A stretch of DNA of 64,000 nucleotides from Lama guanicoe (taxonomy: Eukaryota), in assembly GCA_013239625.1 (NCBI GenBank), contig MU054338.1:6922724-6986723 (forward strand), read 5' to 3'. Below, in pieces: positions 28,388 to 51,640 of the stretch. A model generated the notes under the pieces. The model saw nothing but the letters and a program-made list of their open reading frames with translations. It was not told the origin of the DNA and searched no databases. A program made the translations under genes and the position numbers. Position 1 is the first letter of the stretch, and each line of letters begins with the position of its first letter.

Positions 28388-31300
28388 TGGGACCTTTGAC
28401 ATTTGATGTTTCAGTTGCTCTGTGTGTCTGTAAGGGGCCGAGGAGGCCAGGTGGAGGGTGAGTCTGAGGTAGGAGGCCCATCCCAGCCGGGTCCCCTTGC
28501 CCCAGGCCACGAGCTTTGTGAACCGGAACAGGCAAACCCAGCCTTGGAGGGTGGCGAGTGGGGGCCATGGCAGGGCAAGCCCTTTGGGGAGACAGGCGAG
28601 GAGACCCGACCCCAAACTGGTTCAGTCGAAAACAATTCAAAGCAACCTGATCCAGACAACGGAGAATTCTATCACAATGATGAAGGTTGGCCTCAAATGA
28701 ATATTCTGTCACCAGTTTTTTCCACTCATGATCACACTGGTGCATCACCAGCCCATCTGGCAACTTTTAAAATGGGTTTTAAACAATTTGGCTGCTTTTA
28801 AGAATTTGGGCATGGCGGGTAGGACACGGAAGAGGTTTTCCTTTTGCTTCTCTTTTTGGCTTTTTAATTTCAAAATTGTTTTCTATGCATTGCACCTGTT
28901 CTGTGTTAGATCATCACAAAAAGGTAGGAGTGATCTGAAGGGGTGCTGGGTGTCTTCCACTGGACACACCCCCATCCCACGCCCGGGCTTGGGCAGGGAC
29001 AGGCCCCAATACAGGGACCAGCCTGGAGACCAGAGCTCCTGGAGGGGAAGGACGGCAAAGCTAGGACGTGAAAGAGCCAGGAAGAGATGGAAGAAGTAAG
29101 CAGAGGCCAAGTCCTCGGAGCCATGGCGATGTGACTTTGGCAGGGTGAGAAGGGTGGTTGGGGAGCTGGCAGCGGTGAGGGGAGTTCCCAGAAGGGGAAG
29201 GACCAAAGGAAGGCTTTATTTTAGCCAGATCCCTGGTGGCCTGGGGGAGACAAACTGCAAGGAGGGGTCGGGGAGTGTCACCTCTGGAGCGGTGGCCGGG
29301 AACAAAGGTAGTGCCGACCACACCCCCACCCCAATCTCCAGCAGGAAACATTGTGCAGAGAGCCCCACCGGCCCAGACCCCACCCTGCTAAGGCCACGGA
29401 GGAGGCCAAGCCCTCCTCTGGGAGGAGACCTCCCTCCCTGTCTCCCCATCTCTAATGAATGGCCTCCTTGATTAAACCATCTCTGCTCCGTGCTGGCATT
29501 TCTGGGAACTTGGGACGATGGGGCCATATTGCTAACGAAACCCATGAATAATAAATGCAGCCGCCTAATGCATTCATTTAAAACCAATTTTTAAAGAAAT
29601 CGTCAAGAAAAGCAATTAATTTCCATTTAAATTAACAAGTTTGACATTGAAAAGAATCGATTCTTGGATAAGCACTTTGAGAGGCCCTTGGCTCTGTATC
29701 TGCTTTTTTTAAGAAAAAGACACAGAGCTGGGGTACCTAGAACATCTGCAGCCCATGTCTCCACTATGTGCTGGGCACCGAACAGACGCCTGCAGGCGCT
29801 GGCTTCGTAACTGCCCCTTCCTTCTCTCTCTCTCCCCCCGCCCCCAACACACACATGCACACACAGGCAGGTCCAGCCCTCCTAATACTTCTGCTTTGGT
29901 GACTTTTGTTCCAAGGAATGGGCCAGGATCTGCCAACTGCGTGTGTCCCTACTCCGACTTCCCCTCTTGTGGCCGTGCACCTGGCTGCATTGGGGAAGCT
30001 TTGTAGCCCGCCCCCTGGCAGTGCCCACGTTACCCCGAGCCGCAGTGACCGGCTCCAGGCCTACCGCTCGGTTGCAGAAGCCTGAGCCAGTGCACAGGAC
30101 AGAAGAGTGGAAACCAGCTCCCGGGGGTGGAGTTTGGGCCAGGAGGTGCCAGATCCGTGACCTAGACTGTGCTGTCACTGACCTGAAAACCTGGGATTCA
30201 TGGCCCCACTTCTGGGCAGGAGGGGGTGGGGGGTGGAGCCAGTGAGGGAATCACGGATGGTGATTGGGCTCTGCAGACATGTTTATCTAAAGGCGACGTT
30301 CTTTAATGTTTGGGTTTTGGCCGCTGCACAGCCAGACAAAGGAAGAGGGAGGTCCGTGGAGGCTGGCGGTCAGGTTCAGATGGGGGGCACTCCCAGGGTC
30401 ACACAGGACAGACAGCTAGCCACATGGGCACACACATGCCCAGGCAGACACACACACGCATACACACACATGCCCAGTGACAGGGCACAAAGGCAATTTG
30501 CCTGCCAGCCCCGCACAGGAAAACGCACCCTGCCTCCACCACCCTTTCTTCCCTGGCAGCTTCTCAGTCTCCCGGGAGCCCAGAGAGACATTCCCTGGGC
30601 CTTTGGTTTTGAGAGTTGGGTACAGGCTCCTCTCTGGTGGCTCCTTCGCCTTGGAGCAGAACCCCACAAACCCTCCCCGCCCCCGGGACTCATTTCTGAT
30701 CCTTCCCAGAGGCTGCGTGGGACCAGGAGAGATGCATTGCTCCCCTAACCCAACAGAAGGGCTGGTGCAGACAGTGGGGCTGCTGCCTGTCTTGTGGCCC
30801 CCACAGGCGATGGGAGAAGATTCTGTCTGGAGGTGCAGCCAAACAGCCACTCTCCCCAGCCCACCAGGGCTGGGAAGAAACTCATTAAACCTTCCTAATG
30901 ACAAACACTCCAGCAGGCGGCAGGCAGAGAGCGATTGCTCCGGAAACTGGCCAGATGGGAGACGGCCCAGGTGACTGTTTATGAGACTCAGGACTTTATT
31001 AGAGACTCATCTTTGGGGGGAGGGGAGGCTCCCTTGGGGTCAGGCCAAGCAGGGCTTTATTTTACTCAGGTCCCCAAGCCCTGCTAGCTCGCCACGCCCG
31101 TGATCTGGGCTGGTCCCCATTAAGTGAGGGGCAGGGCGGCATAACCGACTCTCTAACGGACCCACAAACCCCTGGATTGAACTCTGAGCCCCGAGCCCAG
31201 GCCCTGGCCCAGGGGCAGCTTTGAGGTGATGGAGAACATGAGGGCCACATGCACCACCCCCAACAGAAGAGGAGGGAAAGTTCACCACCTCCTCTGCACC

Positions 31301-31933
31301 TGCCACAGGATTCCCTCTGCTCCTTGACAGCCGCTTCCCCCGCCATGTTCCAGCGCAGGGCCTCCCTCCCTCCCAGGGCTGGGCAGGATCCCTGTTCTCA
31401 GAGGTGCACAGCAGTGGCCCTCCTCCCCTCCAGGTTGCCCCCCTGTTGCCACGGTAACAGCATCTGCAGAGGTGGCAGGACCTAGGCACAACCTGCCAGG
31501 GGCGCTTATGGTGACAGGGAAGCAGGCATCAGGGCATCATTTGTTCTAACTGAAGTGGCCCATGTTGTGGAGGGAGTAGGTGGGGGGCTGGGCCAAGAGC
31601 ACCCTGGGCAGAGGGATACCAATCTGGCTATCAGAGGATCCCTGCTCCACCCTCACCCGCTGAATCCAGAGCTGTGTGGCTAGGGGCCTGGCATTTTCGT
31701 TCTTTTAACACCCAAGTTTGAGGATCCCTGGTGCTGAATAGTGCCCACTTCCCCGAGAGACACTGCTGCTGGGATGCCCCCAAGCCCAGGATGCAGAGAG
31801 GCTTCTCAAGGCGGAAACGCAACCTGGACCCTTGGACACCAGGGATGGCAGGAGATGATCGCTCCCCAGTCACAACCACCTCACCTCAGCAGGGTGGAAA
31901 TGAGAGGCAGGACAGCAGAGCAGTGGTTCCAGA

Positions 31934-31939
31934 TTTAAT
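31934..31939 (-). terminator. PIN1 polyadenylation signal ATTAAA
   Basis: ATTAAA on the minus strand about 475 nt after the stop; context resembles the recalled human PIN1 3' end (attaaa...gaaccactgctctg). Confidence 0.7.
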
Positions 31940-32413
31940 CGAGGGTGGGGAGGGTGCTGCACTGCCGCTGAGAGGGCCCAAAGCGGCCGACAGCCTGGGC
32001 CCCACGCGGAGTGTTTGCATTTTGCGATTGAATAGAGGAACACGGCATATCAGAAACAACTCAAGGGCCTCCTGCCCCCAGCGTGGACCTGGGGGGCTAC
32101 AGGGGATGGCTCAGCTAACTAGGCCTTCTCTTTGGGACAGGTCACCCCCACCCCCTGAGTCTGGGAGCCTCTCTAGCCTGCTGCCCTTCCAAAGTCAGCT
32201 CCTAAAGGGGAGGGCAGTCTGGCGGGGACAGCCCTGACCAGGGCGGACAGGGAGCCCCAGTGATGAAAAGCCCCCCTCCCAGCCATTTTGGGATCAATAA
32301 ATACTGTGTGACATCAGCAGGGAGGGGTACCCACTGGCCTGCCGGCAGCAGGGAGCAGCCACCCTGTCCCGCCCCATCCCACCCCGGAGGCCAGGGCCAG
32401 GCACCCACGCCCC

Positions 32414-44130
<11,717 letters not shown>

Positions 44131-45010
44131 CAGCTAAGAACCCTGGGGACTAAATTTGGCTTCTTCATCCTCCCTCTCCCCACCTGTTTCCTCCAGATGT
44201 CCAAAGCTAGTCCACCCCCTTTTAATTTTTTATCCAATTCCCTACGTAACTGACCCAAACACCCTGCTTCCTTTGGAATCTACTTTATTCCCTCTCAGTC
44301 TGGCTCCTGCCTCAGTCCTGGTTGACTGGTAGGTGTTGACACTGCAATTCAGATGGGGACACAGGGGGTGGCGGGAGTGGGAGAATGGTGAGCTCAGTTT
44401 GATCCAATTTAAAATTAAGTGTGTGTCACTAGTAGGACACTTGAAAAGATGGTTGGAGACCTACAGCTGGAGATAGATGTGGGAGTCAAAACACCAACAG
44501 GGAGCAGTTCTATTGCAGTTCATCTATAAAGGTCTACGTAGCATAGACCCTTATGTAACTGTTAAAAAGAATTGAGGTGCAGTGACATGAAACACAGGGA
44601 AACATGTCTATAATAAATTATAGAGGCAGGATGAGGTAGAAGATTAAGAGCATTTAGGAGCCACATTGCTTTGGGTTCAAAGCCTGGCTCTACCATTTGC
44701 TATGACCTTGAACAAATTGCTTAACCTCTGCATTTCAGCTTCTCCATCTGCAAAAAGAGGAAATATCTCAAACACCTTTGCTTTAAGATTACATGAATTA
44801 ATGTACATAAAGTACTCAAAAACAGTGTTTGGTCCATAGGAGGGATATGTGTTGCTAGGTGAAAAAAAAGCAAGTCATAGTAAAGCGTAGCAATTATAGT
44901 ATGTATGAAAGCAAAACAAAACCAGAAAAATCAACAAATAGAAATTAAAAGAATGAGATCACTTACAGAAAGATATCAAAGCTTTAAAAAGGTCTTAAAA
45001 AGCAAACTGC

Positions 45011-45467
45011 TTACTCAGCCATAAAAAGGAATAAAATAATGCCATCTGCAGCAACATGGATGGACCTGGAGATCGTCATTTTAAATAAAGTAATTTAGAA
45101 TGAGAAAGAAAAATACCATATGATACCATTCATATGTGGAATCTAAAAAAAAGATACAAATGAACTTATTTACAAAACAGAAACAGACTCACAGACATAA
45201 AAAACAAACTTATAGTCATCAGGGGGGAAAGCGGATGGGAAGGGATAAACTGGGAGTTTGAGATTTGCAAATACGACTATATATAAAATAGAGAAACAAC
45301 AAATTTCTTCTGTATAGCACAGGGAACTATATTCAATGTCTTGCAGTAACCTAAAATGAAAAAGAGTATAAAAACAAATATATATGTATCTGTTGGACTG
45401 AAACATTATGCTATATACCAGAAACTGACACATTATAACTGACTATACTTCGATTAAAAAAAAAAAA
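45011..45467 (+). mobile_element. Younger L1 3' fragment with poly(A)
   Basis: tactcagccataaaaagg...gcagcaacatggatggacctggag...gactatacttcg(A)n. Confidence 0.85.
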
Positions 45468-45649
45468 GCTGCTGAACGGTATTAGAGTATGTATAATTAT
45501 CTCAATTGTGTAAAAACTAGTTTTACATCACAGAAATTTTCTGTATTTATTCAAATATGTAAATGACTAACACAGGTGATGCAGGTGAAGAAGGAACTCA
45601 AGGTCTAATATAACATTTTGATTCTTTCTTACAAGCACATATTAACATA

Positions 45650-47900
45650 ATAATCCTTTTTAAAAGATAATTTTAGACTTAGAGGAGAGCTGCAAAAGTA
45701 GTATAGTTTTCAATGCCCTTCACCCAGCCTTCCCTTATAGTAACATCTTACATAACAGAACAGAGGTTCTCAACCAGTGGTGATTTTGATCCCCAGGGGA
45801 CATCTGCCAATGTCTTGACACTTTCGGTCATCACAAATGGAGGAAGGGAGATGCTCCTGGCATTTAGTGGGTGGAGGCCGAAGATGTTGCTGAATATCCT
45901 ATAACGCACAGCCCCCACAGCAATTATCCACCCAAAACGTCAACAGCGCCAAACTGAGAAATTCTGCCACAGAACAATGATCGAAACTAAGAAATCCTCG
46001 TTGATACACTACTATTAACTAAACTAAGACTTTAAAGGAATTTTCCCAGTTTTCCCACTAATATCCTTTTTATGTTCCAGAATCCACACTGTCATATCTT
46101 CTTAGTTTCCTCCAATACGTGACAATTTCTAGGTCTTTCCTCATCTTTCCTGATCTTGATACTTTTGAAGAGCAGAATGTCTCTCATTTGGATGTTTGGG
46201 CACGTTGGCGTTTATCTGCTGTCTTCTCCTGATTAGACTGAGGTTATGCATGATTGGGAAGGATACCACAGAGATGACGTGCCCTTCACCAAGTGATCAG
46301 TAACGTCGCAATGCTTTACTGGTTAGGGTACCTATTGCTGCATAACATATTACCCCATGATTCAGTGTTTTAACACTTACCATCTCATGGGTCAGGAATC
46401 CAGGCACAGTTTAGCTGGGGCCAGCAGCGGCAGCTGTGGTCTCATCTGAAGGCTTGACTGGACAGGGATCTCCTTATAAGCTCCCTCACATGGTTGCTGG
46501 CAGGACTCAAATTGCTAATAGGATACTGGACTGAGGACTACAGTTCCTTGCTGGCTATTGGCTTAGGGTCTCGCCAGAAGGCAACTCACAACATGGCATC
46601 CAGCTTTCATTAATGAGTAAGACACCAAGACAGAAGCCACAGTCTCTTTGCAACCTAATTTCAGCAGTGATATCTCATCACTTCTGCCATATTCTATCTG
46701 TTGTGATAGTTTTGATCACTTGCTTAAGGTAGTATCTGAACTCATTATTTTCCCCTTTGTGATGAATATATACTTTCAGGGAAGATACTTTTGAGATTGT
46801 GCAAATATCCTACTTCTGCTTAAGTTTTACCCCCCAATTTTTAGCATCTGTTAGTGCATTCTGCCTACAGCAGTTATTACTATGGTGATGCAATGGTGGG
46901 TGATTTCTTATTTCCCTCTTTCCTTCTACAATTAAGTGGAATTCTTTTGTAATGAAGAGTTGTCCCTTCTCCCCCAACCATTTACATAGTCACTTATTTA
47001 TTTTTATGATCATGCACTCAAGGATATTTATTTTGGGGGTTACAGTCTAATATTACTGTTATTTTGTTGCTTCCATCCTTTTTATTTGAGCACTTCCTAC
47101 TTCCTGGTACAAAAGATGCTGCAGGCTCAGCTTGTATGTTCCCTGCCCTAGCTCTGGAACCAATTATTTCTCCTAGAAGCCCTGGTTCCTTTTATTGGAG
47201 ATAATTTAGAAACCAAGATCTGGGTGCTTGGTGTGCTCATTGATACTGAGGTGTCCCTGCTTCTGGTCCCTCTAAGTGGATGAAGCAAGGAAACATACAT
47301 ATATATGCACACATCTGTATTTCTGCACGTGTCTGTCTATATATTAAACAAAACCAGTGACACATTAGCTAACACTCAATTATGAAATCTAAAACAAAAA
47401 CAAAGACAAAAAAACCTCATGAGTGCATACTGATGCCTCCAACTCTAATCCAGCTCCACAGGGTTCATTCTAACCAACTCCTACCGCACCCTCTCCTGGT
47501 TTTATTTGTAACTTCTTTCTCCACCAGTGAGACACCTGGCTCTAATTATCTACAATGTATTTATCCAATCCTGTGTATGTACACACGAACAAAACTAGTT
47601 TCAGAATTGCTAAATCACACCACTGTGAGGAACATATTTACCAACTGGAGTACAGTGTTTCTGTGTAATTCTTTTTGTCTTTTGCCTTACAGTATCGGGG
47701 GAAAATACTCTTTCCTCTAAGTTATTTAGGTCAGTTCCTTTCTTCCCCACCCCCTTCAGTGTGGTCATGTGATTCCCTTGTAATACAGGCAGATTCATTT
47801 GACAGCCTGCATTCCATCTTTCTCCCTACATCCTGGTTGACAATTGCTGAGTCCTGCAGCCACCACATAGTTCTAAAAAGGGCAGTTCCATCACCACAAA
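45650..47900 (-). mobile_element. Old L1M fragments with nested MER20 (45761-45966) and MLT1 LTR (about 46315-46700)
   Basis: Antisense L1MC/MD-type 3'UTR blocks; MER20 termini cagaggttctcaacc...attctg. Confidence 0.6.
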
Positions 47901-49563
47901 AATCCTTCCACACCCTTTTATGTTTAAAGAAAAAAAGGCAAAACAAATAAAAATCAGAAAAATACTACCTAAAAAGAATGAGACAGGTAATCTATACAGA
48001 AAGATAAAAAATAAACCATAAAAAAGCAAACTGCTGAATGGTACATGACTATTAGAGAGTGTATAATTATTCCAACTGTGTGACTGTATGAAAACCATAG
48101 GTCGTATTTTGGAAAATTTCTGGAGTCACTCAAATCTGTTGACTGCTGCTGTTGGAAGGGGTGGTATGAAAATAAGGAAATTAATTTTTAGTAGAAATCT
48201 GGATTTTGTAACAAGCAGATATCAACACAGTCATCTTTTAAAAACAAATGGAAGTTTACATAAATACATTGAAAAACACCTGACCTCGAAAGAGAGAATG
48301 GGGCCAGTGGTGGGATTTTACTGTTGGCCTGTACTTATCTATGCTGATTTGAAAACAAGGACTCACCTTGTCAAGGTTGTTGTGTAATTAAAAAAAAAAA
48401 TTGTTGGGTTCGTTTTTTAAGCAGACAGGTGAGGAGATTGAGCTCTGAGCTTTAAGAGTAGGGAGAGCCGGGTACCAGGAAAGACATTTGTGACATGTCA
48501 GGAGGAAGCACAGTCCTAGGGACCCAAGGGAAGCTAAGGGGGCGGGTTGAGAGGAGGTTAATGGAGACCAAGGAGAGACCATCCTTAATGGACCACAAGT
48601 CAGCATCCCAGGGAGCCCACAGGTCTAAATCCCAAGACAGTTGGTGGCAAAAGGAAGACAGAAGACTGGGTGGAGCTTGAGGGGGAAGAGTAGGGGCAGT
48701 GGGCTAGACTTGAATGTGGTGGTTAAGTACTGAAGAGGATCAGCCAGGTCAACGTTAGAGAGGGGAGAAGGGATGGGGCAAGGTTCTGAGTGAAATTCTC
48801 AAGACAGCTCCAGGATGTGGCTCTGGGAAAGGACAGGGCCAAGTTCAACCCCAGGATCTGTGGCCAGGAGAACAGAGATGGGGTGTTTGGTGTCCTGTCT
48901 ACTCACACCTGAGGAAAGACGGCTGGAGACAGCTAATAATGCCAGGCATTTCTGCTGCTTTAACAGTATAATCTTATCCAGATGTGGGTGCCATCATGGT
49001 CCCACTGCTAATGATCAAAATTCAAACCCAGTTGTCTGATTTTTGAGGCTGGGTTCTTATAGCCTATACCACACTGTTTCACACTGTCCACTAGGATTTC
49101 ATAAGTGCCAGGAACTGCGGCTGCTTCACCATGCTTTCTCTCATCTTCACAATACACCAATGAAGTAAACATGATCAATTCCAGTTTGGATAGGAAATGA
49201 AGGTTAAGTGACTTATGCAAGGTCATAGTTTATGGCAGAGCTGGGATTCTACCCACAATGTGTTTGAATCCAAACCTGTATTCCTACCTACATCTACTGT
49301 CCTTACCCAGAGGCCTCTTGATTTACCAGGGTGACAATAATCCCAGGATCTCTTGACCTTCAGAGACACATGGCAAACCCCAGAGCTCTGATCTTCCACT
49401 CAGGCTCCCAGTCTACTGGCTGACTCTTCCCTCATTGATCCAGTCAGTCTTGAACTCATTATCTCAGCTGGGTACTGAGAATATGGTGACAGCCAAACAC
49501 CAACCCTCCCCTCAAGAGATAGCCCTCATTCAAAGATGACAGCAATGAAGCAGGCTCCAAGTT

Positions 49564-49569
49564 TTTATT
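49564..49569 (-). terminator. UBL5 polyadenylation signal AATAAA
   Basis: tttatt about 100 nt past the stop codon. Confidence 0.8.
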
Positions 49570-49667
49570 AACATGAGTTTTTAAAAACAAGCATCCATAC
49601 TAGCATGGGGGAGTGGGGATGGGAGAAGAGAGGAGGCCACAGGGGAGCAGGAGGAAGGAATTCTGCT

Positions 49668-50664
49668 CTACTGGTAATAAAGCTCCAGGTTCATCCCATC
49701 ATGGATTTCATCTGAGGTGAAGGTGTTAAGGAATCCTCACTGTGGGCTCTATCCCCACCCTCTCATCTCTCACCGATGGGTCAGGGCGGCCACATTTTGA
49801 ACTGGCTCATTTCAATTTGGAAAGAACCCAAACTTTAATTGAAAAGAAAAAAGTTCGTGCTCTTTTTGTACAACAGACATGCAAGAGTCTCACTCCACCC
49901 TGACCTGCTGTCCACACACAGTTGGAGCTCAGTAATAAAGATTTTGACTGTAATGTGTCCAAGTCTTATAAGCCAAATCAAAATATTTCACCAACCACCC
50001 TCCTCCCTCAACAAAACTACATAGCTCCCATTTTCTAAATACCTACCATGTGCCACATACTAAGTTAAACGTATGTGCGTAACGTCATATAGACTATTCA
50101 ACAAAGAGAACCAAGTCTGGGTGTGCAGACCCTTCCTCAAGAAGTCACACAAAGGATACAGTCCCCCAGAGACACGTGGTCCTTAAAAATCGTGTACCTA
50201 TGGGATAAAAACTTTTCAGAAGTTCTGCCTAAGCAAAAGGCTGGCTGCTGCGCTTCCCCAAACCGAAAGCTTTTGGCCTCCTCCTGTCCAGAAGCCAGCT
50301 CCACCACTGTACTCACCACTTCTTCAATACGATCTTGTTCCAGCGGGTGCCAGTTTGGGCTGCAATCAGCTTCTTAAGGTCCCCGATGGTGTCATCAGTG
50401 CTGGGCGCAGAGGGGTTAAGGAAAACGGAAGGGGAGAGGGTGGGTGGAGCACGGACGAGGACATTCTAGGGCTGAATGCACTCTGCCAGGACCCCATCTC
50501 CCCCCCACCCTCCGGTTTAACAAAAATCACCCTGCAACAAGGGCTGAGTTGCCTGCTTCATATCAAGCACCCCCAGGAAACCACTGCCTCTTGACCGCCA
50601 GTGGATACTTGCACTTAACTCGGACCTTCTTCCCCAGACGGTCGTTGCAAACAACCTCGATCAT
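49668..50664 (-). CDS. UBL5: Ubiquitin-like protein 5 (Hub1), complement join(50609..50664,50317..50400,50160..50197,49668..49711), 73 aa
   Basis: 56+84+38+44 = 222 nt give [73 protein letters not shown], with the diagnostic C-terminal YY. Not recovered as a single ORF because the exons are short. Confidence 0.98.
49712..50159 (-). other. U12-type (minor spliceosome) GT-AG intron, last intron of UBL5
   Basis: 5' site GTATCCTTTG; branch TTCCTTAAC at 49725-49733 close to the AG. Confidence 0.92.
50401..50608 (-). other. Probable U12-type GT-AG intron of UBL5 (between first and second coding exons)
   Basis: 5' site GTATCCAC (variant of GTATCCTT); perfect branch TTCCTTAAC at 50415-50423. Confidence 0.8.
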
Positions 50665-51640
50665 CCTGTCTGGAGCGACAAAGGGTGGGTGTCGGTAGGT
50701 AGCAGAATCAGGAATTCAAGGGTCCGCTAGGCCCCAACACCTCCGGTTATTGAGTCTTACGTTCACGCCCTCCGCAGTCCCCCATATCTGAATACTCCTG
50801 GTCCCCAAGTCCCATGTCCCAGGACCTCGAACCTCAGGCGGCTGCAGACCCCAGGCAACCGCGCTTACCTCCCCCCCGCCCCCACATTTAGGCAGCCTGA
50901 AGGCCCAGCTTCGCCTCTCGAAGGGCCGTGGATCCTCAATGGCCGGGTCCCATTAGCTTTCCCCAACTCCGGACCTCTCCACTTGGCCCCCTTACCTCGA
51001 ATCGCTGGGAACCAGCCGACACCACAACCTCCTCGCTTGAAGGCAGAGCCGGGGCAAGAGTCAACGCTAAACACCGGAAGCGGAAGTGCGTAGCCGGAAG
51101 TTCCGGCCCCCCGCTCCTCCCAGTGCGGGTAAATACCCCACGGAGTTTGCAGCCGCAGGCTGGGCGTGGGCTTGCGAACCAGGAGCCGCCTAGGAGTCTC
51201 GAAACTGGGCAGGGGGATACCTGCGGAGGGGGCGTGGAGCGGAGTGACGGTCCCGGCTCGTGCGGGGCAGGGGCGTGGAGAGTCAGAGGTCAGGGGCCGG
51301 CGCCCAGCCGTTTGAATGCCGTTGGTCGAAGGCCCTTGGCTGTGCCGAGATGCCCCCTGGTGTGGCATCTGGTGGGGATGCTAGGGGCGCCCGGGAGACA
51401 TCCAAGGGGAGCGGGGATGACCTCCCGTTCCTGGGCCCGAGGAAGCCTCTAACTGCAGATTCAGGGCTACGGGGAGCCTGGTCGAGTACTGCAGTTATCC
51501 TGTCCGACCGTCTGCCTTCATTCAGGGCTGGGCCTCGGAAGCGTTTTGCTCACCTCTTCCCACCGGCTATCGCGCCTGCCCCCGCCTCCCCGGGACATCT
51601 GGGGTGCAGACTACAGTCAATAACCGAAGAAGCCTCCTAA
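50640..51640. promoter_or_regulatory. UBL5 CpG island promoter with non-coding first exon(s)
   Basis: Clustered ETS/GABPA sites ccggaagcggaagt...ccggaagttccgg at 51074-51106; KLF/SP GGGCGTGG boxes; minus-strand donors AG|GTAAG at 50995 and 50868. Confidence 0.8.
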
